Below, in pieces: positions 27,672 through 36,551 of a stretch of 64,000 bases of DNA. Numbering within the stretch: the stretch's first letter is position 1; each line of letters opens with the position of its first letter. Under the pieces are notes generated by a model. The model was not told the DNA's origin. It did no database searches and saw nothing but the letters and a program-made list of their open reading frames with translations. The position numbers and the translations under genes are program-made. This DNA comes from Polyangiales bacterium (lineage in GTDB: Bacteria > Myxococcota_A > Polyangia > Polyangiales > Houyiibacteriaceae), in assembly GCA_965227405.1 (NCBI GenBank), contig OZ245758.1:1449693-1513692 (forward strand), given 5' to 3'.

Positions 27672-29287
27672 TCTTCGCCTCCAATCGCAGGGCGAAGCGA
27701 GAATTCGGGACGCAGCACGATGTCCACCAAGAGCTGCTCAATGTCGTGGCCACTCTCATCAAACGCACGCTCGAGCGCATCGAGATGACACGCGTCTTCT
27801 TGCTCAGGTGCGCGGCCATTTGCGTACGTCAGCCACTTCTCTGCGACGCATCGCTGCACCACGTCGCTGTTCATCAGCAGTTGCTGCAACTCGACCGCAC
27901 CGTCGTATGCAGCATCGTTTCCAATGCCCAACGCGAAACCGGTCGCGTCAACGGGCAACGTATTGTCGATCGTGCGGTACGCACCGGTCGTGTCGTAGTT
28001 CTCAAAGCCGTAGCCAAAGCCGTCGATGCGACGATGACAGCCAAGACACAGCGAAGGCGACGTGCGCTGCTCGAAGAGTTGCCGATTGGTAAACGGTCCT
28101 TCGCCAAACCGCTGCATGGGCGGCGATGTGTCCGCATCACCTGGCGGCGAAGGTCGTGGTTCACACAGCAAGCGCTCCATCACGAACACACCACGCAGCG
28201 GTGGTGAGCCGACGGCTTCGTGCGCGTGACCTCCCAGAAACGCGATGCGTGTCAGGATGCCCGCACGCGTGTTCGGATCGAGTGCGACTTCGCCAAAGGG
28301 TTCACTCGGCGCATCCACTTCGTAGATCGGTGCCAGACTCTCGTCGATGAACGCGACGCTGCTGGAGAAGAGCGCCCTGAGCCCACCTCCACCAAACACC
28401 GCGTGTTCCGCAAAGCGCTGGGATTCCTCGCGCGCAGACTCTCGAACCGTGTCGTTCCACAACGGAAAGTCCGCGATCTTGTCTTCGTCGGCAACGCGAT
28501 CCAGGTGCAACCACTGCCGATGAAAGTTGCGTACTGCAGCGCGCGCACGAGGGTCGTCCAGGAGCCGTCGGGCTTGTGCTTCGAGATCCAACTCGCCTGC
28601 TTCGGCTGCATCCAAAAGTTCGTCGTCAGGAGTGCTCTCCCAAAGGAAGAACGAAAGCCGTGCCGCCAACTCGTAGGGATCGAGCGAAACCTGTTCGCCG
28701 CTTCCGGCCCCGTGCTCGAGCCGATAGAGGAAGTACGGCGACTGCAACATTGCAGCGAGGGTGAGCTGGACCGCTGCATCGAAATCGATCGCGCTTTGCT
28801 GGGCTTCAAAGAACGCCGCAAAACGACTCACCTGTTCAGAACTCAAGGGTCGACGAAACAACTTTCGTCCCGCGTGTCGGATGAACATGTCCGCGCACGC
28901 GGAGTCTTCGGTCGAACACGGCACCAAGCGTGAGCGCACGTCGGCATCATTGACGGCATGTGCGCCCATGGTCATCGCCGCGGCTTCGTAGCGTGCGATG
29001 CGAAGGTCTGAGGGTCCGAGCGAGCGCGCGTCGTTTTCAAAGACGCCGGAAGCGACGCCGTCGTCGGGCATGCTCGGCAACTCAGGCACGCTGCCAAACA
29101 CATCGCGCAGCGTGTTGAGGTACTCGACGTTGGTCAGTCGCCGGACAGGTGCAGACCCTAAAACGATCGCGTCTGGGTCTTCGCAGACGGTAGGGACGCC
29201 AGGATCTTTGGGCTCATAGCGAGGGTCGCTGATGCTGCCTTCGCAGCTCAGCACAGCCAGAAGCGCACATGCTCCCCATCGCGACAC
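27668..29287 (-). CDS. DUF1592/DUF1585-family protein with CxxCH motif
   Basis: CLGCHRRIDGFG CxxCH. Paralog of 20460..22070 and 29414..31033. Confidence 0.8.
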   Translation of the reverse strand: MSRWGACALLAVLSCEGSISDPRYEPKDPGVPTVCEDPDAIVLGSAPVRRLTNVEYLNTLRDVFGSVPELPSMPDDGVASGVFENDARSLGPSDLRIARYEAAAMTMGAHAVNDADVRSRLVPCSTEDSACADMFIRHAGRKLFRRPLSSEQVSRFAAFFEAQQSAIDFDAAVQLTLAAMLQSPYFLYRLEHGAGSGEQVSLDPYELAARLSFFLWESTPDDELLDAAEAGELDLEAQARRLLDDPRARAAVRNFHRQWLHLDRVADEDKIADFPLWNDTVRESAREESQRFAEHAVFGGGGLRALFSSSVAFIDESLAPIYEVDAPSEPFGEVALDPNTRAGILTRIAFLGGHAHEAVGSPPLRGVFVMERLLCEPRPSPPGDADTSPPMQRFGEGPFTNRQLFEQRTSPSLCLGCHRRIDGFGYGFENYDTTGAYRTIDNTLPVDATGFALGIGNDAAYDGAVELQQLLMNSDVVQRCVAEKWLTYANGRAPEQEDACHLDALERAFDESGHDIEQLLVDIVLRPEFSLRPAIGGEE

Positions 29288-29413
29288 GTCCTAACCCTAC
29301 GTGATTCTCGGGACGAAGTCCGATGTAGGGACAAGACCCACATCTACGCAATCGAGATAACGGACGGCGCCCCTATACTGTGAGGACAGTTCACGGACTG
29401 GAAAGGGAAGAGG

Positions 29414-31033
29414 ATGACCCGTCTCGGACTGCTCATGGTCGCGTGTCTCGCGCTCGGTGCTTGCGCCGGTGAGATCACCGAACCGGAAGGCGACTCGCCG
29501 TACAATCCGGTGCCTCCAATTGATCCGGTCGATCCGGAAGACTTGGCGCCTACGTTTCGCTTGGAGCCGGATGCGCCGACAACGCAGCCCGGTATTCGTC
29601 GTCTGACGCACAGCGAACTGGTTCGCACGATCCGTCACGCCACGGGAGTCACTCCGGATGTAAGTGCGCTTCCGGAAGATGACGAGCTGCTGCACCTGGC
29701 CAACGACGCAAGCCGGCTGAACATCAGCGACGGCACGCACATGCGTGAGCTTCTGGTCATCGCGACCGACGTCGCTGCGGCTGTGGACATCGATGCTGTT
29801 CTCCCTTGCGCAGGTGCCTGCAACGACGACGAGCTTCGCACGTATCTGGAGCGCGCGTTTAGTGAGCCTCTCGACGCGGACACGATGACCAGGTTCCGCG
29901 ACATCTACGCACAAGCGCAGTCCGAACTCAGTGGTGAGCTGGCGCGTCGTGCAGTGGTGCAACAGTCGGTGTTCTCGCCCAAGATGCTGTACCGCACCGA
30001 AATCGGTGAGGGCGGGGATCTGACCTCCAGTGAACTCGCCAAGAAGCTCTCGTACTTCTTGTGGGGTCGCCCACCTGACGATGCGCTTCGAGCGCGTGCC
30101 TTCGACGGAAGCCTAACTGACGAATCGGTCTATTCCAGCGAGGTGGAACGCTTGCTCTCGCACGACAACACCCGCGAGCGCATCGTCGAAATCGTGTTCG
30201 ATTACCTGGGCATGGATCACTTTGATCTGAGCACCAAGGACGCGTCAGCGGACCTGGACGACATCAGTGCACTCGAAGCTTCAATGATCGAAGAAGCAGA
30301 GCGCATGATCGGTCGGGTGCTCTTCGAAGAGGCCAGCGGGTTCCGCGAGCTTCTCACCACCGAGACCACCGAGGTCGATGAACTCTTGGCGATGCACTAC
30401 GGCATCGAGGGTGTGACCGGCAGCGAGTTTCAAGAAGTGTCGCTGGCAGGCACCAGCCGACGAGGGTTACTCACCACCGCGCTCGCACTTTCGGCGCACT
30501 CGAAGGAATCAGGTCGCTCCCCCATGCAGCGCGGTTCCTTCCTGGTGGACGAACTGCTCTGCCTGAGCTTTCCGCCCGATGCCGGTACCGCCTCGATGAC
30601 GCTGCCGGACGGTGTTGAAGACCGAACCTTTCGCGAGCAGTTCGCTCCGCTGGAAACGACCGCACCGTGCAGCAACTGTCACCGCATGCTCAACGCCGGT
30701 TTTGCGCTCGACCTCTTCGACAACATCGGTCGTCGTTACCCACTCAGTCGCGTGGGTGATGAAGAAGCTGTTGGCACGCTCGACGTCGTCCCCTTCGATT
30801 CAGTCGAGTTCTCAAATCCTGGCGAAGCCGTTGAAGGATTCAGTCTGCATCCGGTCTTCACGCGATGCGCTGTTGGGCAGGTCTACCGCTACGGACAAGG
30901 CAGCGTGCCTGCGGATGTCGACGCCGATCTGATGATGAACCTCGAAGAATCCTTCGATAGCAGCAACGGAAACATGCTTGAGCTGCTTCGCTCTATCGCG
31001 CTGTCTGAGCGCTTCGCGGAGGCTGTCCGATGA
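29414..31033 (+). CDS. DUF1592/DUF1585-family lipoprotein with CxxCH motif
   Basis: MTRLGLLMVACLALGACAGE lipobox and CSNCHRMLNAGF CxxCH. Confidence 0.8.
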   Translation: MTRLGLLMVACLALGACAGEITEPEGDSPYNPVPPIDPVDPEDLAPTFRLEPDAPTTQPGIRRLTHSELVRTIRHATGVTPDVSALPEDDELLHLANDASRLNISDGTHMRELLVIATDVAAAVDIDAVLPCAGACNDDELRTYLERAFSEPLDADTMTRFRDIYAQAQSELSGELARRAVVQQSVFSPKMLYRTEIGEGGDLTSSELAKKLSYFLWGRPPDDALRARAFDGSLTDESVYSSEVERLLSHDNTRERIVEIVFDYLGMDHFDLSTKDASADLDDISALEASMIEEAERMIGRVLFEEASGFRELLTTETTEVDELLAMHYGIEGVTGSEFQEVSLAGTSRRGLLTTALALSAHSKESGRSPMQRGSFLVDELLCLSFPPDAGTASMTLPDGVEDRTFREQFAPLETTAPCSNCHRMLNAGFALDLFDNIGRRYPLSRVGDEEAVGTLDVVPFDSVEFSNPGEAVEGFSLHPVFTRCAVGQVYRYGQGSVPADVDADLMMNLEESFDSSNGNMLELLRSIALSERFAEAVR

Positions 31034-32436
31034 GTAACTTCAAACACAAGCGCCGAACGTTCCTGCGCAACTCGGTCATGGCGAGCTTGCTCGCACCCGT
31101 TGCCTACTACTGGGACGACCTCGCCGAAGCACAGCCCATCGCTGGACGCACGCACATGGTGTTGGCGTTCCTTCCGAACGGAAAGGTCGCGGGCAACCCG
31201 TACATCATGGGGAGCGGAAGCGACTTCACCCTCGGCTACGGCTACGAGCCCTACATGGCGTTCAAGGACGACATGATCCTCTTCGATGAGTACGGCTTTC
31301 AGTCGTTCATCGCAGCCGAGTACAGCGGCGACCACGGCGGTCACGTGGCGCCTGGTGGTGTGATGTGGTCCGGCGAAGTCCCGCACGCGGTTGACGGCGA
31401 GGGTCGTGCAGGAATGGCGCCTTCGATCGATCAGATCGTCGCGTGGGACTACTTGGACCGAGGCGTGATCACCAACCCGCTGCGCAAGAGCCTCAACATC
31501 AAGATGACCGGAAGCAGTTTCCGGTTGAGCACGGTGTTCGTGGACACGCCTGCGGACTATTCGTTGGGGGCGACCTACACGCGCGCACTCGATTCGATTC
31601 CGCAGCACAACCAGCCGCAAGACGGCTTCGAACAGATGTTTGGTGGCTTCGCGACGATGGCGGGAAGCACCACCGAGGAACTCTGGGCGTTCGGCAAGAG
31701 CATCCTGGATGTTCCGAACGCGGAGCTGCAGCGCATTTACCCGCAGCTTCCACGCGAAGGTCAGATCATCGTCGACGAGCATCAGCAGTCACTGCGTGAT
31801 TTGGAGCTGAGCTTCATGGACGAAGGCCCACCGCCCGGTGAAATCCCGCCGGAACCGGGTTCGATGGACACAGCGCCGGGCAACCACGTCAACGTGTGGT
31901 CGCAGTGGGTTCGCATCATCGATGCCGCGCTGCGCTTTGATCGCACCCGCATCGTGAACGTGCAGTTCGGTGGTGTGGCGAGCCGCTTCAAAGTGCCCGA
32001 ACTGGGCCTTGGCTTTGTTGGCGAGTCCGGCGACAGCAACTCGGGCGACGACCACCACAGCTACACGCACTGGGATGGCGACAACGTTCCGCACTTCATG
32101 AACTGGTACGCCGAACGCATGTCCGAGCTACTGGGTGCGATGAAGGGCGGAACCGCGAGCGGCAGCACCAACCTGCTGGACTCGAGCGTTGTCGGCGTCG
32201 GTATGGAGTTTGGTCGCAACCACAACGCGAGCGACATGCCGGTGATGTTGTTTGGCAGCTTGGGCGGCTATCTGCAGCCCGGGCAGCGGATCATGCACGG
32301 CAACGATCTGGACAACTACCACAAGCACACCGGCATGCTGATGGCGTTAGCGCAGGGCATGGGAACGAGTCTTCCGAACGTGGGCAATCCGAAGTCGCAG
32401 TATCAGCAGGGCGTGTATTCGGCACTGCTCGCCTAA
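31030..32436 (+). CDS. DUF1552-family secreted protein with Tat signal
   Basis: KRRTFLRNSVMASLLAPVAYY Tat motif. ATGA overlap with the DUF1592 stop. Confidence 0.8.
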   Translation: MSNFKHKRRTFLRNSVMASLLAPVAYYWDDLAEAQPIAGRTHMVLAFLPNGKVAGNPYIMGSGSDFTLGYGYEPYMAFKDDMILFDEYGFQSFIAAEYSGDHGGHVAPGGVMWSGEVPHAVDGEGRAGMAPSIDQIVAWDYLDRGVITNPLRKSLNIKMTGSSFRLSTVFVDTPADYSLGATYTRALDSIPQHNQPQDGFEQMFGGFATMAGSTTEELWAFGKSILDVPNAELQRIYPQLPREGQIIVDEHQQSLRDLELSFMDEGPPPGEIPPEPGSMDTAPGNHVNVWSQWVRIIDAALRFDRTRIVNVQFGGVASRFKVPELGLGFVGESGDSNSGDDHHSYTHWDGDNVPHFMNWYAERMSELLGAMKGGTASGSTNLLDSSVVGVGMEFGRNHNASDMPVMLFGSLGGYLQPGQRIMHGNDLDNYHKHTGMLMALAQGMGTSLPNVGNPKSQYQQGVYSALLA

Positions 32437-32470
32437 ACGTCACCGTTTTGCGTCGACGTTCGATTTTTTC
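32437..32470 (+). terminator. Hairpin plus T6 intrinsic terminator (aacgtcaccgttttgcgtcgacgtt cga tttttt)
   Basis: Read directly after the TAA stop at 32434-32436. Confidence 0.55.
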
Positions 32471-32473
32471 GGC

Positions 32474-33019
32474 ATGAATGCCTTCAACTGGCTGGTTTGC
32501 TTGGTTTTTCTCGTTGGATGCACCGACGACGATCGTCGTTCCCCAGACTCGTCGATCGACGGCGGTGCCGATGATGCACCCATGTTCGATGCCGGCGGCG
32601 ACGATGCCGGCGACACGTGCACGTGCGGACCCGGCGAAGGTTGCTTGGTGTTCGAGCTGAGTCGCTCCGCGGACGACGCCAACCTTCCGTGGATAGCCTT
32701 TGAAGTGGGCGACGCCGACGGGATGGGCACGATGGTTGTGGGTGCTCTGAACACGGTCGCATTCGAGGAGGTCGCGCGGATGGAGTTTCCCGCACAAGAC
32801 CTGACCAACCCCTCGTGGAACCTGACCGTCGATCTTGGATGCGTGCCAGCGACACGTTTGGAAGCACGCGCGTTCTTGGACGACGATCTCGACACCATGG
32901 GCGGTGTCACCAGCTCAGACTTTGTGGACGCGTGTTTAGATGGGCGACGGGTCGAAGTCACCGTCGGCGAAGCTGTTACGACGCGCGCGACGGGCGTGAT
33001 CGCGCAGAGCTGCGACTGA
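32474..33019 (+). CDS. Hypothetical lipoprotein with an acidic D/G/A-rich N-terminal region
   Basis: MNAFNWLVCLVFLVGCTDDD lipobox. No recognisable domain. Confidence 0.6.
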   Translation: MNAFNWLVCLVFLVGCTDDDRRSPDSSIDGGADDAPMFDAGGDDAGDTCTCGPGEGCLVFELSRSADDANLPWIAFEVGDADGMGTMVVGALNTVAFEEVARMEFPAQDLTNPSWNLTVDLGCVPATRLEARAFLDDDLDTMGGVTSSDFVDACLDGRRVEVTVGEAVTTRATGVIAQSCD

Positions 33020-33027
33020 CGGAACTT

Positions 33028-33062
33028 GGCGAAACGCCGGCGAACCGCCGGCGTTCGCCACG
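33028..33062 (+). terminator. GC-rich imperfect hairpin (tggcgaaacgccggcg-aac-cgccggcgttcgcca) after the 32474..33019 stop. A degenerate second copy lies at about 33444-33470.
   Basis: Read directly. 15-16 bp stem with one bulge. Confidence 0.5.
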
Positions 33063-33141
33063 TGAATTCGGCGTAATTGTCGAGTCTCCAGTCGGCACGT
33101 TGGGTGCTTTGGCATCCCACGCTACATTGGAGGTGCCGAAA

Positions 33142-33435
33142 ATGGCCGAAGACTTGAACACAGAGATCCTGAAATCCATCCGCGACGAACTGCGTGATAC
33201 ACGGCTTGAGCTGCGTGATACCCGCGAAGATCTCGGAAGACGGATCTCGGAGACGAACGTACGTTTGGATCGGCTCGAGAAGCGTCAGACCCAAACCGAG
33301 ATTCGGCTCGCCACAGAGCTCACCGAAGTGGCGAAGCTGATCGGCTCCCTACGCGATGCGATTCTGGAAGACCGGCAACTTCGGGCGCGCGTGGATGATC
33401 ACGAAGCGCGAATCCGTAGCCTCGAAACCGCCTGA
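33142..33435 (+). CDS. Small coiled-coil protein (97 aa), paralog 1
   Basis: RBS GGAGGTG 7 nt upstream of the ATG. Heptad-rich sequence with LEKRQTQTEIRLATELTE. The upstream part of track ORF 32815.. overlaps the preceding gene and is rejected. Confidence 0.5.
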   Translation: MAEDLNTEILKSIRDELRDTRLELRDTREDLGRRISETNVRLDRLEKRQTQTEIRLATELTEVAKLIGSLRDAILEDRQLRARVDDHEARIRSLETA

Positions 33436-33525
33436 CGAAAACCTGGCGAAGCGCCGGCGTCCGCCACCCTTCTCGACGACTTTTGCCGACGCCAGCGCAG
33501 GCATAGCTCGTGCTCAACGGTGGGT

Positions 33526-33741
33526 ATGGATCGAGACACAGCCATCCGCTGGATACGGGACGAGCTCACCGAGCTGAACGAGCGATTCACCGAGAGACAC
33601 ACCGAACTGCGCGTCTCTCTCGCACGGTTGAACATGCGGGTGGCTCAACTGGAAAAACGCCAAGCCGAAACCGAGCTAAGTCTGCGCACCGAACTCGAGA
33701 ACATCGTTTTGCTGCTCCACGATCGACTTCGCGACGATTAG
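33526..33741 (+). CDS. Small coiled-coil protein (71 aa), paralog 2
   Basis: IRWIRDELTELNERF...LEKRQAETELSLRTELEN aligns with paralog 1. The upstream DNA (ctgacgaaaacctggcgaagcgccggcg) duplicates the upstream region of paralog 1. Confidence 0.45.
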   Translation: MDRDTAIRWIRDELTELNERFTERHTELRVSLARLNMRVAQLEKRQAETELSLRTELENIVLLLHDRLRDD

Positions 33742-34268
33742 CCCCAACGAACTTCGAACTCGGCCCAGTCGGACCCCGTCTCGCCGATCGTACCGCTCAC
33801 AGGCGCCGCGCCGGTCAATGCGAGCGTCGCTTCGATTCCGGCCAGCACGGCAACCGAGTACAAACGATGCGAGATCGGCGGGTGCTCGATGATTCGCCCT
33901 TTGGCCCAGTCGGTACCAAACCCATCGATCACCAACTGACCCGATTGATGCTGGCGTCGCCAAAACCACGCTGCACGATCCATTAATGTTCGCGGCTTCA
34001 GGACCCGCAGAACCATCTTGTACACGCGTGAATACGCGACGGTTTGTTGGTCTCGAAAGTACTTTCGAACCGCATCTTCGTTCTTCAGGTTCAAGCCGTC
34101 GACCACGGCTTCGGTCAGACGAACGGTCAACCACTCGTCAACCCAGTCCGCTGGGCGTACGTGTTCAAGGATCTCGCGATCCGCTTCGCTCAACGACGAG
34201 AGCACCCGTTCGCGCGCCGGCGATCCAGGCGCGAGACGAGGCGAACGCAGCATGTGCCACACCACCAT
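33738..34268 (-). CDS. Hypothetical protein
   Basis: Start placed at MVVWHMLRSP, the first Met downstream of the metalloprotease stop. The longer track ORF to 34511 overlaps the upstream gene. Confidence 0.45.
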   Translation of the reverse strand: MVVWHMLRSPRLAPGSPARERVLSSLSEADREILEHVRPADWVDEWLTVRLTEAVVDGLNLKNEDAVRKYFRDQQTVAYSRVYKMVLRVLKPRTLMDRAAWFWRRQHQSGQLVIDGFGTDWAKGRIIEHPPISHRLYSVAVLAGIEATLALTGAAPVSGTIGETGSDWAEFEVRWG

Positions 34269-34312
34269 CGCGCGGTGCAGCAAAGGTGCACTCGGCGTGT
34301 GGGCGACGTGGT

Positions 34313-35221
34313 TCACGCTCGGCGACGAAGCCGGAACGCGATCAATCCGCTCACGACCCAGAGCCAGCCAGCGCTCTTGTCGCCCGCGCCTGGTGCGGAA
34401 CACCCGCATCCTTCCTTCGGTCGATCTGCGCGACACAAGGGATCGAAGCCACCCCGCGGTGTGTAGTCGCACTCCGCTGGAAGCGTGTCGGGTGGCGGAT
34501 AGGCCGCGCACAATCCCTCCGCGTCATCCGTCGTCAGGTCACGTTTGAAGATCTCCGCTTCGTCCGCGCACGCCCACATCGTGGCCATTTCATCGTCGGG
34601 CGTGTGTGCGAGTCCGAAAAAGTGACCGAGCTCGTGGGTCACTGTGTTTTCAAGATCGACGACACCGTCTTCGCATCCAGAGTCGGGGCAGTCATCGAAC
34701 ACCCAGAATTCCTGGTTGAGTTCCATGTCGGCGTCGAAGATCTCGCCGTTGGTTGTGTCGAACCATGTGGTCGTGAGCGCAAATGCACCCCCGGCATGAC
34801 CCCGACCGGACCAGTTGGACACGAACGCCATGGTATTCGCGTTGGCGCCTCCAGAAACGTACTGCGGCACGTTGCACAACCCGGGTTCGGGTCCAAGACG
34901 CACGTCAAACCCGATCGATTCGCCACCACACGAGACATCCAACCAGGTTTGGAAGCTGCGTTCGAAAACCGCTTCAACCTCGGCTTGTGTCAGTTGCAGC
35001 GACTCGCGCGCATCCACGACGTACTCCATGCACCGTCGTCGCCAGCCGAGTTCCACAATGCGTCGCGACTCGATCTCCTCGGGCGAGAAATCGCTCAACT
35101 CCAGACACTCTTGCCGGCACGACGAACTCGCCGACACCACCGAAAGCGATCGGCAGAACGCGTGGCTGGTTGCGGGCGCGAAGACGGCGAAGACAACGAG
35201 GAACGCGAGGCCGCGAATCAC
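34313..35221 (-). CDS. Secreted zinc metalloprotease (matrixin/M10-like HExxHxxGxxH) with a MYXO-CTERM-type C-terminal sorting tail
   Basis: Signal MIRGLAFLVVFAVFAPATSHA. HELGHFFGLAHT zincin motif. The C-terminus EGCGCSAPGAGDKSAGWLWVVSGLIAFRLRRRA has a GC motif, a TM segment and an Arg cluster. Confidence 0.8.
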   Translation of the reverse strand: MIRGLAFLVVFAVFAPATSHAFCRSLSVVSASSSCRQECLELSDFSPEEIESRRIVELGWRRRCMEYVVDARESLQLTQAEVEAVFERSFQTWLDVSCGGESIGFDVRLGPEPGLCNVPQYVSGGANANTMAFVSNWSGRGHAGGAFALTTTWFDTTNGEIFDADMELNQEFWVFDDCPDSGCEDGVVDLENTVTHELGHFFGLAHTPDDEMATMWACADEAEIFKRDLTTDDAEGLCAAYPPPDTLPAECDYTPRGGFDPLCRADRPKEGCGCSAPGAGDKSAGWLWVVSGLIAFRLRRRA

Positions 35222-35237
35222 AGGCGCAGTATAGCGC

Positions 35238-36551
35238 TCACTTGTAGGGAACGGGCATCCCTTCGTAAATCGCTCGGAAGTCGCGATCGCGGTGTTCGGC
35301 CTCGAGCATCCACGGCATCACCCTCAGCTGAAAGATGCTCTCGAACATGATCCAGACCGAGCGATCGGGAATTCGAACAGGCTTGTCGGCCTGGTCGTCG
35401 GATCGTTCGAGATGCGACTTGACGGAACTCGCTGCAACGCCGTGCCCGGTCAGACTCGGTGTGTAGAACGACACTCCCTTTGCAAATCCGTTGCCTGCGC
35501 CAGCCGTTTTGATCACCGCGTTGAACTCTGTCGCGACGTTACGGTGAAAGTAGGGCGGTCGAAACGAATGCTCCGCCACATCCCATCGTCCGGTGAAGGC
35601 GACGAAGTCGGCGACGTTGTTGCCGTGCGCATCAAAGGGAACGGTCAACACCGTGAAGATCGATGGGTCCGTATGGTCAAAGCTCACGCTGCCTTGCGCG
35701 TTGAAGTGTCTCAGGTCGTACCGATACGGAACGTGATTGCCGTGCCACGCAACGACATCAAAGGGCGAGTGATCAAGCTGTGCTCGCCAGAGCGAACCAC
35801 CAAGCTTCGCGATCAGTGTCGTGTCGTTCTGCGCATCTTCGAACGCTGCGACGGGCGCCTCGAAGTGTCGTGCATCGGCCAACCCGTTGGCGCCGATCGG
35901 TCCACGCTCTGGAAGTTCAAACGGGCCGGAAAACACCTCCAGCACAAACCCGCGCGCTTGCGCATCGTGCAAGCCCACTGCGAACTTGATCCCCTTCGGG
36001 ATGAGCAACGCTTGTCCAGGCGCCACATCAAGCAGACCGAGTTCGGTGCGAACCCTGAACGCCCCTTCTTCAGGCGTGATGAGCAAGTCACCGTCCGCGT
36101 TGTAAAAGGCACGTTCCATCGATTGGGTCGCGCTGTACGCATGGATCGCAAGTCCGTTGCGCAACGCGGGCGATCCAATACCCGCAATCGTGGTGATGCC
36201 GTCCACGAAGTCGCCATCGCTCATCGGTGTGGGCTTCCATCGCAGCAGCTCCGCGGCGACCACGCCTTGGGAAAAATCACCCGTAAAGCGCGGATTGCCG
36301 GAGTACCCCTCGAACGCACTTTGCAGAACGCTGGGTCGAATCCGGTACATCCAGACGCGTTGGTTGTGCGCACGTTTGGCGGTGAACCCAGTTCCGTTCA
36401 ACTGTTCGGGATGCAGCCCGTACGGCGCGTTGCGCGGACTGTTTTGGTCCGGCGGCAACGCTCCATCACGCGCCTCGCTCTGCAGCGACGCTCGAAATCC
36501 GCGCAGGTACGAAAGTTCATGGTCCGTTTGGTAACCCGTGGGAAGAGTCAT
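35238..36551 (-). CDS. hmgA: Homogentisate 1,2-dioxygenase
   Basis: 437 aa. Strong family-level resemblance across the length (WMYRIRPS, HGNHVPYRYDL, FHRNVATEF). Confidence 0.85.
   Translation of the reverse strand: MTLPTGYQTDHELSYLRGFRASLQSEARDGALPPDQNSPRNAPYGLHPEQLNGTGFTAKRAHNQRVWMYRIRPSVLQSAFEGYSGNPRFTGDFSQGVVAAELLRWKPTPMSDGDFVDGITTIAGIGSPALRNGLAIHAYSATQSMERAFYNADGDLLITPEEGAFRVRTELGLLDVAPGQALLIPKGIKFAVGLHDAQARGFVLEVFSGPFELPERGPIGANGLADARHFEAPVAAFEDAQNDTTLIAKLGGSLWRAQLDHSPFDVVAWHGNHVPYRYDLRHFNAQGSVSFDHTDPSIFTVLTVPFDAHGNNVADFVAFTGRWDVAEHSFRPPYFHRNVATEFNAVIKTAGAGNGFAKGVSFYTPSLTGHGVAASSVKSHLERSDDQADKPVRIPDRSVWIMFESIFQLRVMPWMLEAEHRDRDFRAIYEGMPVPYK

Noticed and set aside
32815-33141. N-terminal 109 codons of track ORF 32815..33435
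   Set aside because: They overlap the 32474..33019 lipoprotein gene in another frame. A good RBS precedes the internal ATG at 33142, which is taken as the true start.
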